From the NCBI GenBank assembly GCA_965218795.1, contig OZ244653.1:128001-192000 (forward strand): a DNA stretch of 64,000 nt. Reading direction: 5' to 3'. Within the stretch, counting starts at the first letter, position 1; the number at the start of each line of letters is the position of its first letter. This document shows positions 38,433 to 48,518 of this stretch, in pieces. The DNA comes from a bacterium. GTDB taxonomy: Bacteria > UBA8248 > JACPRG01 > G963555815. Below the pieces are notes generated by a model, which was not told the origin of the DNA, did not search any database, and saw only the letters and a program-made list of their open reading frames with translations. A program made the translations under genes and the position numbers.

Positions 38433-38535
38433 CTTGTCATGGCTCCTCCCTACTCTGTCCCCCGATTAAGACATTCGAGGGCAGGCATCCGGGGGGCCTC
38501 CTTCCCCCTTTGAATGATATCGTCTGTTCGGGTAG
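38433..38535 (+). repeat. Dispersed mosaic repeat, copy 3 (segments 1+2)
   Basis: Aligns with 8303-8355 and with the reverse complement of 16955-17013. Confidence 0.8.
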
Positions 38536-39216
38536 GTGTATCGATCTGTTTTCATTGGCCATGGGATCCTACTATCCTATTGATATTATTGATGAATATG
38601 AACTATTCCTGATCTCGTCCGGAACCTGCTCTCTACAGTCCGTCATCAAAACGAAAGCGAATTCGTTAAAACGCACGCGCATCCAGGCGAATCCCTGTCG
38701 GTAAATGTTCAGTCGTGGGGTGATGGCGGTCTGGAAAGTACCTGCCCAAACCGACTACGCCGCGCAATACCAACAACTGCCTCCGACGCCGGCGACGATG
38801 TCACCCCTCCACCGAATGATTACCCCTGTCGGACCATTGCACCTTTGGCCTTAAAAAGCCCGAGCCGCAACATCTCGCTTACGGATAGCTCCGGTGCCCC
38901 GCAACGTTCATTCAGGAACCACAGCTCAGCGCCCCATATTGGTGTGCCAGATTCGCGCCCTCGGTGCAGTCGACCATCTCAAACGGTGATTTCGTTTTCA
39001 TGCTCAGAACAGCAATTCTTCAGGTACCGAAGTATTTATGTATCGTTTTGTTTCCAAGTTCCTCGCTGGTGAGGGTGCTCTCTGTCGTGATTTGGAGATT
39101 GACAGATAGCCAAGAACATGCGTCTCAAAGAGAAGTGGACCTGCGGAGTTGTGTCGGGGATCAGGGTTTTCCGGAGACCGCCGGCTAGGCCGCACGGTAT
39201 TCCGCAGGAATTATTT

Positions 39217-39405
39217 TGTATTGCGACGGTAATCCCCTGACAGTTTGGACGTCGACGCGCGACCGTAAGAGTCGGGCGCGCCGGTGGTGGCCACGCCGCT
39301 CCTGGAAGGGGTTAAGATCGTTTTTCACAACATCCAACCTTTCAAGAGAACGCCATGACCACCAGTAACAAGATAGCACGGCGCAAACTGAGCCTGCTCG
39401 AACTT
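39217..39405 (+). mobile_element. IS481-family left-end fragment
   Basis: TGTATTGCGACGGTAATC... and transposase start MTTSNKIARRKLSLLEL; similar to 42177-42366. Confidence 0.8.
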
Positions 39406-39441
39406 GGGTAGTGGTCTAATTTGAATAGGGACCCTTTTTTC

Positions 39442-39762
39442 TCAATTGCCAGGCTTGATGCTGTACTTGATTGATGGAGATTTGGGTTTCTTGATGTTCG
39501 TCATTACGGCCTTGAATATATGTCCTTCGATAAAACCAGTTTCCACACCCAGGAATTTTCGGTTGTCTCCCATCCCCTCATACAAGCGAAATCGTATCTC
39601 ACCTTGATCGCATGTCGTGCTCCCTTCAATCATGAGCGTGTTGGGAATTGGCGCGTACCAACGCCAGTCTTCAACCTTACAATCCCCTCCTTGATCGTCA
39701 CAGGCCGCAAGAGGGACGCACAACAAAACGATGAAAGTCAATACGGCAACCGTTACCCTCAT
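39442..39762 (-). CDS. Small hypothetical lipoprotein
   Basis: Hydrophobic signal with LAAC lipobox; 106 aa. Confidence 0.6.
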   Translation of the reverse strand: MRVTVAVLTFIVLLCVPLAACDDQGGDCKVEDWRWYAPIPNTLMIEGSTTCDQGEIRFRLYEGMGDNRKFLGVETGFIEGHIFKAVMTNIKKPKSPSIKYSIKPGN

Positions 39763-39919
39763 GTCTCTACCCTTTCCCAAGAACGAAAGCTGACGTTGGC
39801 CCAGCCCTCATAGCTTATCGAAAGCCTTGAGTTCATTCCATAGAGGATTTTCTCCTTGTTGAATTTCTTGGATCGAATAACCAATTCAGAGTCAAACTCA
39901 AATACATCCTCCCTTGGAA

Positions 39920-40667
39920 ATCCAACGGGCAGAAAGCGCTGCTCCCCGGAGCAGATTGCCCATCGCCTCAAGCTCGAGCATCCTGACGACCCCGAGATGC
40001 ATGTGTCTCACGAGACGATCTATCGGTCCTTGTTCGTCCAAGCCCGCGGGGCGCTCCGTAAAGAGCTCACAGCGTATCTGCGAACCCGACGCACACGCAG
40101 ACATTCTCGGCGACGGCTCGACGGTGCCGGCCGGCTGCGGCAACATGGTCTCGATCGCCGAACGACCGCCTGAGGCTTCCGATCGGGCCATCCCGGGGCA
40201 TTGGGAGGGGGACCTGATCATTGGCAAGGTAGGTCACTCAGCCATCGGTGTGGTGGTCGAGCGGAGGAGTCTGTATGTGCTGCTCCTCCACCTTCCGGAC
40301 GGGCGGGGGACTCCTGAGGTTCGGCGGGTCCTCGCCGAACCGTTGACGGCTTTGCCCAACCAGCTCCGTTGCACGCTCACCTGGGACCAGGGCAAGGAGA
40401 TGGCCGAGCACGTCCGCTTCACCATCGAGACCGGCGTTGCCGTCTACTTCTGCGATCCGAAAAGCCCATGGCAGCGCGCAACAAGCGAGAACACCAAGGG
40501 TCTCTTGCGTCAGTACTTCCCGAAGGGGACTGACCTATCCCTCCACTCCCAGGACGAGCTCGACGCCGTCGCTCGAGAGTTCAACGCCCGCCCTCGACAA
40601 ACGCTCGGCTGGATGACACCATGTGAGGTCTTCGCCAAGACCGTTGCGTTGACCCCTTGAGACCGCC
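39920..40667 (+). mobile_element. IS30-family remnant (5'-truncated, frameshifted)
   Basis: SPEQIA, VSHETIY, PGHWEGDLI, LTWDQGKEM, PWQR..SENT.GLLRQYFPK; ends TTGAGACCGCC. Confidence 0.88.
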
Positions 40668-40745
40668 GGGGTAACTCCACCCCGTTTGCACATTGGATGC
40701 TTTTCGCAACTACGTACCTTCCCTACTTCCGGCGTCCCAGACAAT

Positions 40746-41672
40746 CTACCGAACCCCGGCCGGGTTTTTCTTGTTCGTGATCGACTCCAGCCGCTTGCGC
40801 AACAACCTCTTCAAACCGATAGCATTTTCATATTCCGGGCAGTTGCGATGGGCCACGTCAAAGTGCACCTTCGTGTCCTTCTTGCGCACCAAGATCACGC
40901 GCTTCTTCAGGGCGTGCGCGTGCCCGATCTCGTAGTACACATTCGGGCGTTCGTGCGTAAGATCCGCAATGAGGAACTCGCTGGTTTCGATCTCGGACAG
41001 GATTCGATCCGTAATCGCCTCTTCGTGTTCGATCTCGTTAGCGGTGATCGCCTCGATCCCGAACTCCTTGAACACTTCCTTGATCCCCGTCCTGATGTCT
41101 TCAAGTTCCGGTTTGCTGTCATCTATGGCCATCATGACGAATGCCGTATTGGGTCGGTAGTTCGCCGTCCCCGGCTGCGCCAGCTCCGCAGCATCGGTGG
41201 GTAGGAGGAGATCCGTCAGGTCCAGAGTCTTTGCCGCAGCTTGGTCGAAACGCCTAGGTGCGGAGGAGGCATCTCGGAACGAGATTTCTTCGTGCGTCGG
41301 CGGATCCACCCCGAGCACCGTATCTTCGTCGTGGTGCACGTAGACACCAGTGTGATGGTATTCGCGGAAGTGCACATTCGCGAGCATCTGCCGCGTATTG
41401 TGCCGAAGTTCCTGCATGTCCGCGTCCGCCAGCAGTGGCGAAGCCCGCGCGGCGGCGGCAATGTCGACGCTCAGCTCCTTGATTGTCTGCCGTAGCGCCT
41501 CGCAATTTTGCAGAATCTTCGCGTCCTTTATCTCCCAACTCTCTCGAGGCGGCCAAACGGTGTCGTCCACGACAGATTCGGGGTCTGCCTCGGCGAAATA
41601 CTCCCTGCCCTGTTCACGCACGGCCACGATCCGTCTTCGCATCGCCTCGATGTTCTCTTTCGTCAGCTGCAT
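40746..41672 (-). CDS. Hypothetical protein with C-terminal nucleoside 2-deoxyribosyltransferase-like domain
   Basis: AFVMM...ITDRILSEI..SEFLIADLTHERPNVYYEIGHAHAL.KRVIL...FDV. Confidence 0.75.
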   Translation of the reverse strand: MQLTKENIEAMRRRIVAVREQGREYFAEADPESVVDDTVWPPRESWEIKDAKILQNCEALRQTIKELSVDIAAAARASPLLADADMQELRHNTRQMLANVHFREYHHTGVYVHHDEDTVLGVDPPTHEEISFRDASSAPRRFDQAAAKTLDLTDLLLPTDAAELAQPGTANYRPNTAFVMMAIDDSKPELEDIRTGIKEVFKEFGIEAITANEIEHEEAITDRILSEIETSEFLIADLTHERPNVYYEIGHAHALKKRVILVRKKDTKVHFDVAHRNCPEYENAIGLKRLLRKRLESITNKKNPAGVR

Positions 41673-42176
41673 CTAGTTCCTGTCCTCTGCGCCGCTCGTT
41701 CCACGGCCGCCTTGCTGCCAGCGTCAACGCTACCTAGCGAGCGTATCTTCGGCGCTTCCCTTGCCAGTGTGCTCATATGACCGAGCACCAATTCATCCGC
41801 CGCGCACTGGGCTACGTCCTCGCGTTCCCACGCGGTATGTCAGCGACTACGTCGCCCCAAATGGATTCCGGAATAGAGCGGTCCCCTCGCGCTGGATTGT
41901 CGAGCCTCGTACCGAGACTCAGCAAGTCCCCTTCTGGCCTTCCGGGCCTCCATCCTTGTCGCGGGCGCGGCAGCGCCTCCCAAGGTGGGTAAGCTCAAAC
42001 GCTTTCGGAGCGCGTTCCATCAGGCACCGCGGTACCAGCCTGCACAATACGTGACCGCGGCGACTTTGGTCCAACATTGTGTTCTGTACGGTAATCACCC
42101 TGTGTACGAATACCCTGAAGCGACCACAATTGCGTGCCCCAAGCCGCAACCTCAAAGAAGCTCTGGATCGCTAATC

Positions 42177-43407
42177 TGTATTGAGACGGTAATCACCTGA
42201 CAGTTGGGCCGTTGGCGTGCGACGTTGAGAGTCTGGCGCGTCGGCGGTGGCCACGCCGCTCCTGGAAGAGGTTAGGATCGTTTTTGCACAACATCCAACC
42301 TTTCAGGAGAACGCCATGACCACCAAGGGTAAGATAGCATGGCGCAAGCTGAGCCTGCTCGAACTTACGAACGAGATGAGCAACGTCTCCAAGGTATGCC
42401 GGATCATGGGTTATTCGCGCCAGCAGTTTTACGAGATCCGACGCAACTATCAGACCTACGGGGCCGAAGGCCTCATCGACCGGCTCCCCGGCGCCAAGGG
42501 TCCACATCCCAACCGAGTCTCCGAACAGGTCGAGGCCGCGATCCTGGCGCATGCCCTAGAGAATCCCACCCATGGCGCGCTGCGCGTCGCCCAGGAACTG
42601 TCGCTCAAGGGCGTCCATGTCTCCTCGGGCGGGGTGCGCGGCGTGTGGTCCCGCCACAAGCTGCTGACCAAACACGAGCGGCTGTCAGACTGGAGAAGAC
42701 CACCTCCGAACGCAGGATCGAGCTCAGCGACGAGCAGGTCCAGCTTCTGGAGCGGTTCAGCCCCGAGTTCCGCGAACGCCATATCCAGACTCGTCATCCG
42801 GAGAGCTGATGGCCGTCGACACCTTCTTCGTCGGTCATCTCAAGGGCGTCGGAAAGGTCTGGCTACAGACCGCCGTCGACTGCCACGCGCGCTATGCCTG
42901 GGGACGCCTGTATCCTAACAAGCTGCCGGTCACCGCCGTGCATCTGATGAACAACGACGTGCTACCCACCTTCGAGGCGCATCAAGCCGGGATCGCCACC
43001 GTGCTCAGCGACAATGGCCGGGAATACTGCGGCCGGCCCGAACGTCATCCCTTTGAGCTGTTCCTCCAGCTCGAGGAGATCGAGCACCGCACCACCAGGG
43101 TACGCCGGCCCCAATCCAACGGCTTCGTCGAGCGGCTGCACAGAACCCTGCTCGACGAGCACTTCCGAATCATGGGAAGGAAGAAGTTCTACGACAGCAT
43201 CGAAGCCATGCAGAACGACCTCGACGCCTATCTGATCACCTACAACACCCAAAGGCCCCATCAGGGCCACGGCATGAAGGGAAGGACACCTGCGGAGGTC
43301 TTCATCCGCTGCCTGCCAAAACCCCAAAGGAGGATAAAATGAAAAAAGCCGCCTGAACCGACCCCAAACAGGAGCGGCTACTGTCAGGTGAATACCCTAT
43401 CTGTACA
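42177..43407 (+). mobile_element. IS481-family IS, full length, transposase frameshifted
   Basis: TGT...ACA ends; 7-bp target duplication GCTAATC (42170-42176 / 43408-43414); DDE motifs AVDTF, SDNGREY, NGFVERLH spread over three frames. Confidence 0.9.
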
Positions 43408-43421
43408 GCTAATCCTATCTC

Positions 43422-43654
43422 TCACCCACCGTCGCTGCGCCCATAAACGTCCTCGTAAGGAGCAAGTTCTAAGAGGTCCCACCAACCCATATCACCGAAA
43501 TCCAACGCTCCCTTCGATAGATCCCACTCGAAGCCAAGCCGAACACTTAGCGTTTCTCCGGTTCGCGAATCTTCTATCACCCGCATGTGTGACAGTGATC
43601 TCCGGCCCAACCGACTCACCAGTTCTTCTGTAAGCCAGTCATATAACATCGGAA
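43422..43654 (-). pseudogene. Gene fragment of unknown function between IS481 and IS3
   Basis: Open frame (PMLYDWLTEEL...GWWDLLELAPYE) that starts at the IS3 end. Confidence 0.35.
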
Positions 43655-44991
43655 TGAGGTGGTCCCACTATCTTGGACAGTTAGGCGGCTGAGTGAAGGT
43701 GTATTCGGTTCATTGATCATGCCGCCAGCGTCCTGTTTGACCCGTCTTTCTGTTCTGGTTGAGCCGGCAGAGGGGCAGGCAAGCGGTGGGGCTTGGCCTG
43801 CATCTGCGGCGGCAGTCCTTTTTCGTAGGCCTCGGCCGGGGTAGAGCCAGCCAGGGCGGAATGAGGTCTTTCGGTGTTATAGAAGTCGAGCCACTTGGCA
43901 ATGGCCCTTTGGGCTGCGAAGCCGTCGGTGAGCTCGTGCAGATACACCGCTTCGTATTTGAGCGAACGCCAGAGGCGCTCGATGAAGATGTTGTCCATGC
44001 ATCGGCCCCGGCCGTCCATGGAGATGGCGACGCCGGCGTCTTGGAGGACAGCGGTAAACGCGAGGCTGGTGAACTGGCTGCCTTGGTCGGTATTGAAGAT
44101 CCGAGGCCGGCCGTAGCGGTCCAGGGCTTCGGTCAGGGCCTCGACGCAGAAGCGGGCATCCAGGGTGTTGGACAGCCGCCAGGCGAGCACACGGCGGGTG
44201 GCCCAGTCCATGACGGCTACCAGGTACAGGAAGCCGCGCTGGACGGGGATATAGGTTATGTCCGCGGTCCAGACCTGATTGGGCCGCTCGATGGCGAGTC
44301 CCTTGAGAAGATAGGGATAAACCCGGTGTTCGGGATGTGGTCTGGTGGTTCTCGGCGCTTGGTAGATGGCCTGTAGGCCCATCAGCCGCATCAGACGCCG
44401 AACCCGGTGACGACCGACACGGACTCCCTCGCGCCACAAATGACGGACCATCTGGCGGCTGCCGTAGAACGGGTATTTCAAGAACAACTCATCGATCCGC
44501 CGCATCAACGCCAGGTTCTGCGCACTCTCGCCCTTGGGCGTGTGGTACAGCGAGGATCGGCTGATGGAAAGCAGGCGGCATTGACGGCTCAAGCTGAGTT
44601 TGGGATGGTCGCGACGGATCATGGCCCTGCGTCCCTCCCGGCTCACCACTTGAGCCCTTTGGACAAAAAATCCCGCTCCACCGTCAACTCCCCGATCTTC
44701 GCATGCAGGTCCCGGATCTCCACCTCATGGTCCCCACGTGCCCGCTCCGCCCCCTTGGAGAATACCTCCTTCAGCCCCTCCACCGCTCGCTGCTTCCAGG
44801 CGCTCACCTGGTTCGGATGCACCTTGTGCCGCACCGCGATTTCTTGAACCGTCTTGTCCCCGCGCAGTGCTTCCAGCGCTACCTTCGCCTTGAACTCCCC
44901 CGTGAATCGCCGTCGTGTCGTCATTGCGTATCCCTCCCTCAGTCGGTGGAATACACCTTAGCAACCTGTCCGATTTGCTGGGACCACCTCA
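43655..44991 (-). mobile_element. IS3-family IS, copy B (inverted relative to copy A)
   Basis: Same IRs, same 1337-bp length, identical ORF translations (orfA 44643-44924, orfB 43717-44649). Confidence 0.95.
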
Positions 44992-46274
44992 ATCCAAAGT
45001 TGAAAATGCTCCTTGTAATCCTTTCTGGCTCCGAACATACGTGCACGCTGAATGTATGTATCCTGCGAGAACTTCCCCTTAACCGTTCTTGTGAAATACA
45101 TCGACAGCAAGTTCTCAAATGTCACACCCCTGGAAATAATGTTGCCGCCGACACCAAACGAGAATAAACTTGTGGGCTTCGCGATTTCGGCGACCTTCCC
45201 TGCCTTCGGTTTGCTAGAATTTATCTCCACGACTACATTTCGATTTATGTTTCTTAGAACAAACTCTCCCAACCGCCCCGAGTTGGAAGTCAGAAAGGAC
45301 TCTGCTACACGGAATAGTTTCTTTCTTAATGGTTCGAATCCGCCAGATGAGGGGGTCGATAGAGTTGCCAATGTAGCCTGTATCAGCTCAACATCCTCGG
45401 CATGTTCATCTCGCTTACCACTGGTATGGACGAGCATCGTGAAGTTTTCTTCTTTCCCTAACTCGTGCAGGTAGGACACGCCACATAAGAAATGTAGAAT
45501 GGCATTTCTGATTTCAGTCTTTTCGTCGCCGGCATCTGCGCTGAAAGTGTGCAAGTTATACTGATAATCATCGTCATCCGGAAAGAAGAACTCTTGACCC
45601 ACATATTCAGCATGCGGCGCGAAGTCGACCCACATCTCACTTTCGTTTTCAAAGGTATTGTTTAGGTTTAGTCGCGCCGGGGTAGCAGTAACCCCAATGT
45701 AGATGCCGTTAGAGTCCAACAAAGTAGAGATAAGAGAATTGATCTTGGTCTTGTCATAATCCGGCTTGTTGACATTACCATCAGGTGACGCGTAATCAGC
45801 CTCGTCGTCAATCACGATGAGCCCTCTTTCCAAGCGCACAAATTCAATTAACTTCTCTAGATCCCTTGCATTTTTCTTACAAAATACAACCCAGTTTCTA
45901 CCCTTCAAACGACTAGGTTCCGTTGGCAAATCGATAAATTGTTTTGGAGACGGATTAAGCCCAGACAATCGAAATCTATTCAGGCTTTGATCAAGAAGAT
46001 CAATGCTGTCTGTCAAAAGATTGATAATAATTGCATAGCGCTTGTCCAACAACCGCGCATTCAACGCGATCATCATTTCTGTCTTCCCGCTCTGCGGTTC
46101 ACCAAAAACAACAAGTGAGCGGGAACCGTTGTATAGCAAGTTCTCAAATGTAGATTGAATAGCTTTTTCTATCGACGTCGTATCTACGCCATCCTTTCGC
46201 AGAGCAGCGATTCGTAGATCATATTGATTACTACCAGTATTGCCAACAATGTTAGTCCAGTCTTTTTCTGTCAT
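44992..46274 (-). pseudogene. Z1-domain helicase-like protein, C-terminally truncated by IS3
   Basis: GEPQSGKT, IDDEADYAS, IGVTATP, MLVHTS, GGNIISRGVTFENL..YF.R...DT..QRARMFG. Confidence 0.82.
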
Positions 46275-46895
46275 GAAAGAGTGATCCTCACCATTTGCAC
46301 CTGTTGGGCTTTTTCTCAGGCTTATCATCAAAACGTCGTGTTTTTCGAGGTTGGCTCCGTTTCAGACACGTTGCTGACGGGCTGGATTTACCTACGACCG
46401 TGCTCGCAGTGCGTGCCACCATCCGCTGACCCCTCGAGTAGAGCGGGGTCTGAGCATAGGGAGACCTAGTGGAACTCGCATTCATTTCCAACACCACATC
46501 ATTGGACTTACTCCAATATGCACGTCAAGATAATGTGCCTTCTCTAGAATGCTGTCAATATGCAGGGGGTCAGCTAGCAGTACGCTGGAAACCTGCGCTT
46601 GGTATTGGAGGAACGGTCGGTCCAGTGGTGGGTAATGCAGGTACGCAGTCTTGGCTCATACGAACGTTGCCGGCACTTCAGGTCAATACCAATCATGCAA
46701 ACCTGCCTGAAAGCTGAGCGGCCGCAGACGCTGTTGTCGCCGGGTATGCAAGCTCGTAGCCAAGCTGGCAACCGGAAAACCGGCAACCTTCTCGCCTGGT
46801 TGGGTTTTCTCCGCAGCAGGCTGGCAAGGGCCGGCGCTTCCGTCATCGTATAGCAATCGGTCAGCTTCCTGGAGTTGACCCTCTAAGTAACTCCA

Positions 46896-47518
46896 GTAGC
46901 GCCGGGTCGCGACGAAGGTCTCGATCAGCACGGGGGTTGTGTTGTATCGCTCGACCCAGTCCTCGGGCAGGTGGCACCGGACGATGTCGAGGATGTACGA
47001 GCCGAGCTTCCAGGCGGTAGTGCTGAAGCCGAGCATGGCGAGCGGCCAGCCGTCGCGGTCGTGGACCGCGTAGCGCATCTGGGCGCCGACCAGGGTCTTG
47101 TATCCGAGATAGTGGTAGCGCGCGACGAACTCGTTCCACACAGCTTGCCCTCGCGGGTGCCGCGCACCCACGGGGCGCAGGTCGAGCGGGCGGACCTCGT
47201 CGAGGATCGTGGGCGCCGGGAACAGCGGCGGTTCGGTGTCCGGTCCGAAGGAGATCGGCCCGGGCCGGTTCTGCCGCCCCTGCGGCGGAGGCAGGGTGAT
47301 CAGGCCGGTCCCTGTGCATGGCCAGTATGGTCGGTCACCCTTGCCATCATGTCCTTGAGCCCGCCGTCAGGCTTGAACCAGCCGATGCGCCGGCAGAGCT
47401 CCTTCGACAGGGCATGGCGGTTCAGTGGCGGAGGGCCAGCGATCAGCGCGCGCAGCAGCGCCATCTCTTCGGCGGTGAAGTCGCGGCCGTAATAGCGGCA
47501 CTCGACTGCGCCGGTCAT
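46896..47518 (-). pseudogene. DUF4338 (DruA-like) gene remnant
   Basis: RYYGRDFT..E...LS.ELC..IGW...G.LK; WNEFV.RYHYLGYK.L.G.Q.RY; DW..RY...PVL.ETFV; frameshifted with internal deletions. Confidence 0.75.
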
Positions 47519-47870
47519 TCCGGCGCCGTGAAGCTGCGTTTACGTTCCTCGCTCATCGTCCACGGCAACCAGGGCGACAGGTCGTCGGGTGGTTGCCCGC
47601 CATTGGCCGCGCAGGCGCTCAGCCATGCCTGAAGCCAGCGCAGGACGTCGATGCCGTTCAACGAGAGGGTGCCGATAACCGAGTACATCAGCGCCGTGAA
47701 CCGGGCGCGAGTCTCGCTGTCGGAACCGAACGATAAGCGTCGTCCTATTGCCGGCTCCCTCAACAGCCTCTCCGCAAGATTGTTATCCAGGGGCACCTGC
47801 GGGCGGTCGATGAAGACGCTCAGCCCTTTGCGATGGTTCAGCAGCGAGCGCAGTGCCTTGCTCTGGCAGC
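47515..47870 (-). mobile_element. IS66 TnpC C-terminal fragment
   Basis: GLSVF...VPLDNNLAER.LR...IGRR..FGS; overlaps the DUF4338 start by ATGA. Confidence 0.8.
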
Positions 47871-47979
47871 CTTGTCTGGCAGGTCGACGAGCGCCTCGTT
47901 CAGCCGGTAAATCGACGCGATCCGCTCGATCCATCCCCGGCACCATTCCGTCAGGCTCACTTGACCGGCCGCGCACTCG

Positions 47980-48348
47980 ATAAAATCTCGCCGTTATGGA
48001 ATGGGCGATCAAGTTCCGTCCGATCAAGCCTCGGTCACCCCATCTGAACGGCAAGGTCGAGCGCAGCCAGAAGACCGATCTGCAGGAGTTCTGGTCAACC
48101 GTCGATCTGAAGGCAGTCGATCTTCAACAGCAGCTGGACGAATGGCATCATTTCTACAATTGACATCGACCGCATACGGCCCTGAACGGTCGTTACCCAT
48201 TGATCGTGTTTGCGACCTGCTGTCGAAAACGCCCCTGTCCGAAGACGTCTACGCCGCGTTCGATCCGACCAAGGAGCGAATCCGGGACCAGAACTACGTG
48301 ATGGATCAGAAGCTGCACGAATTGAAATGATCTATACGAACCCCACAG
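47980..48348 (+). mobile_element. IS481-family 3' fragment
   Basis: IKPRSPHLNGKVERSQKTD..EF...W..FYN..RPH with stop/frameshift; ends ...CCCCACA. Confidence 0.7.
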
Positions 48349-48409
48349 ACGGAGAAGGTCCGAGCGCCGCGCGGGACCGAGTTCAATGGCCATCGCTGGA
48401 TGCCACACG

Positions 48410-48518
48410 TCATCTAGAATCGCGGACGTGCGCCCCGGATTGCCCGCAAGCCTGCCTCCAGCCTTCGCCCAGGATGTCGACCGCTATGCTCCCGGCGATA
48501 CGCTCCGCAGCCTCCTGC
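48410..48518 (-). pseudogene. Detached C-terminus of integrase 1
   Basis: Removing the IS3 and one TGC copy restores ARDSVQEAAERIAGSIAVDILG...* in frame. Confidence 0.8.

Noticed and set aside
40746-41672. Retron
   Set aside because: No reverse transcriptase ORF anywhere in the window
9403-44991. Composite transposon formed by the two IS3 copies
   Set aside because: Outer flanks (TAG / ATC) are not a direct repeat, and each copy interrupts its own local gene
46896-47518. Druantia defence system
   Set aside because: Only a broken DUF4338 gene; no DruE helicase or other components visible
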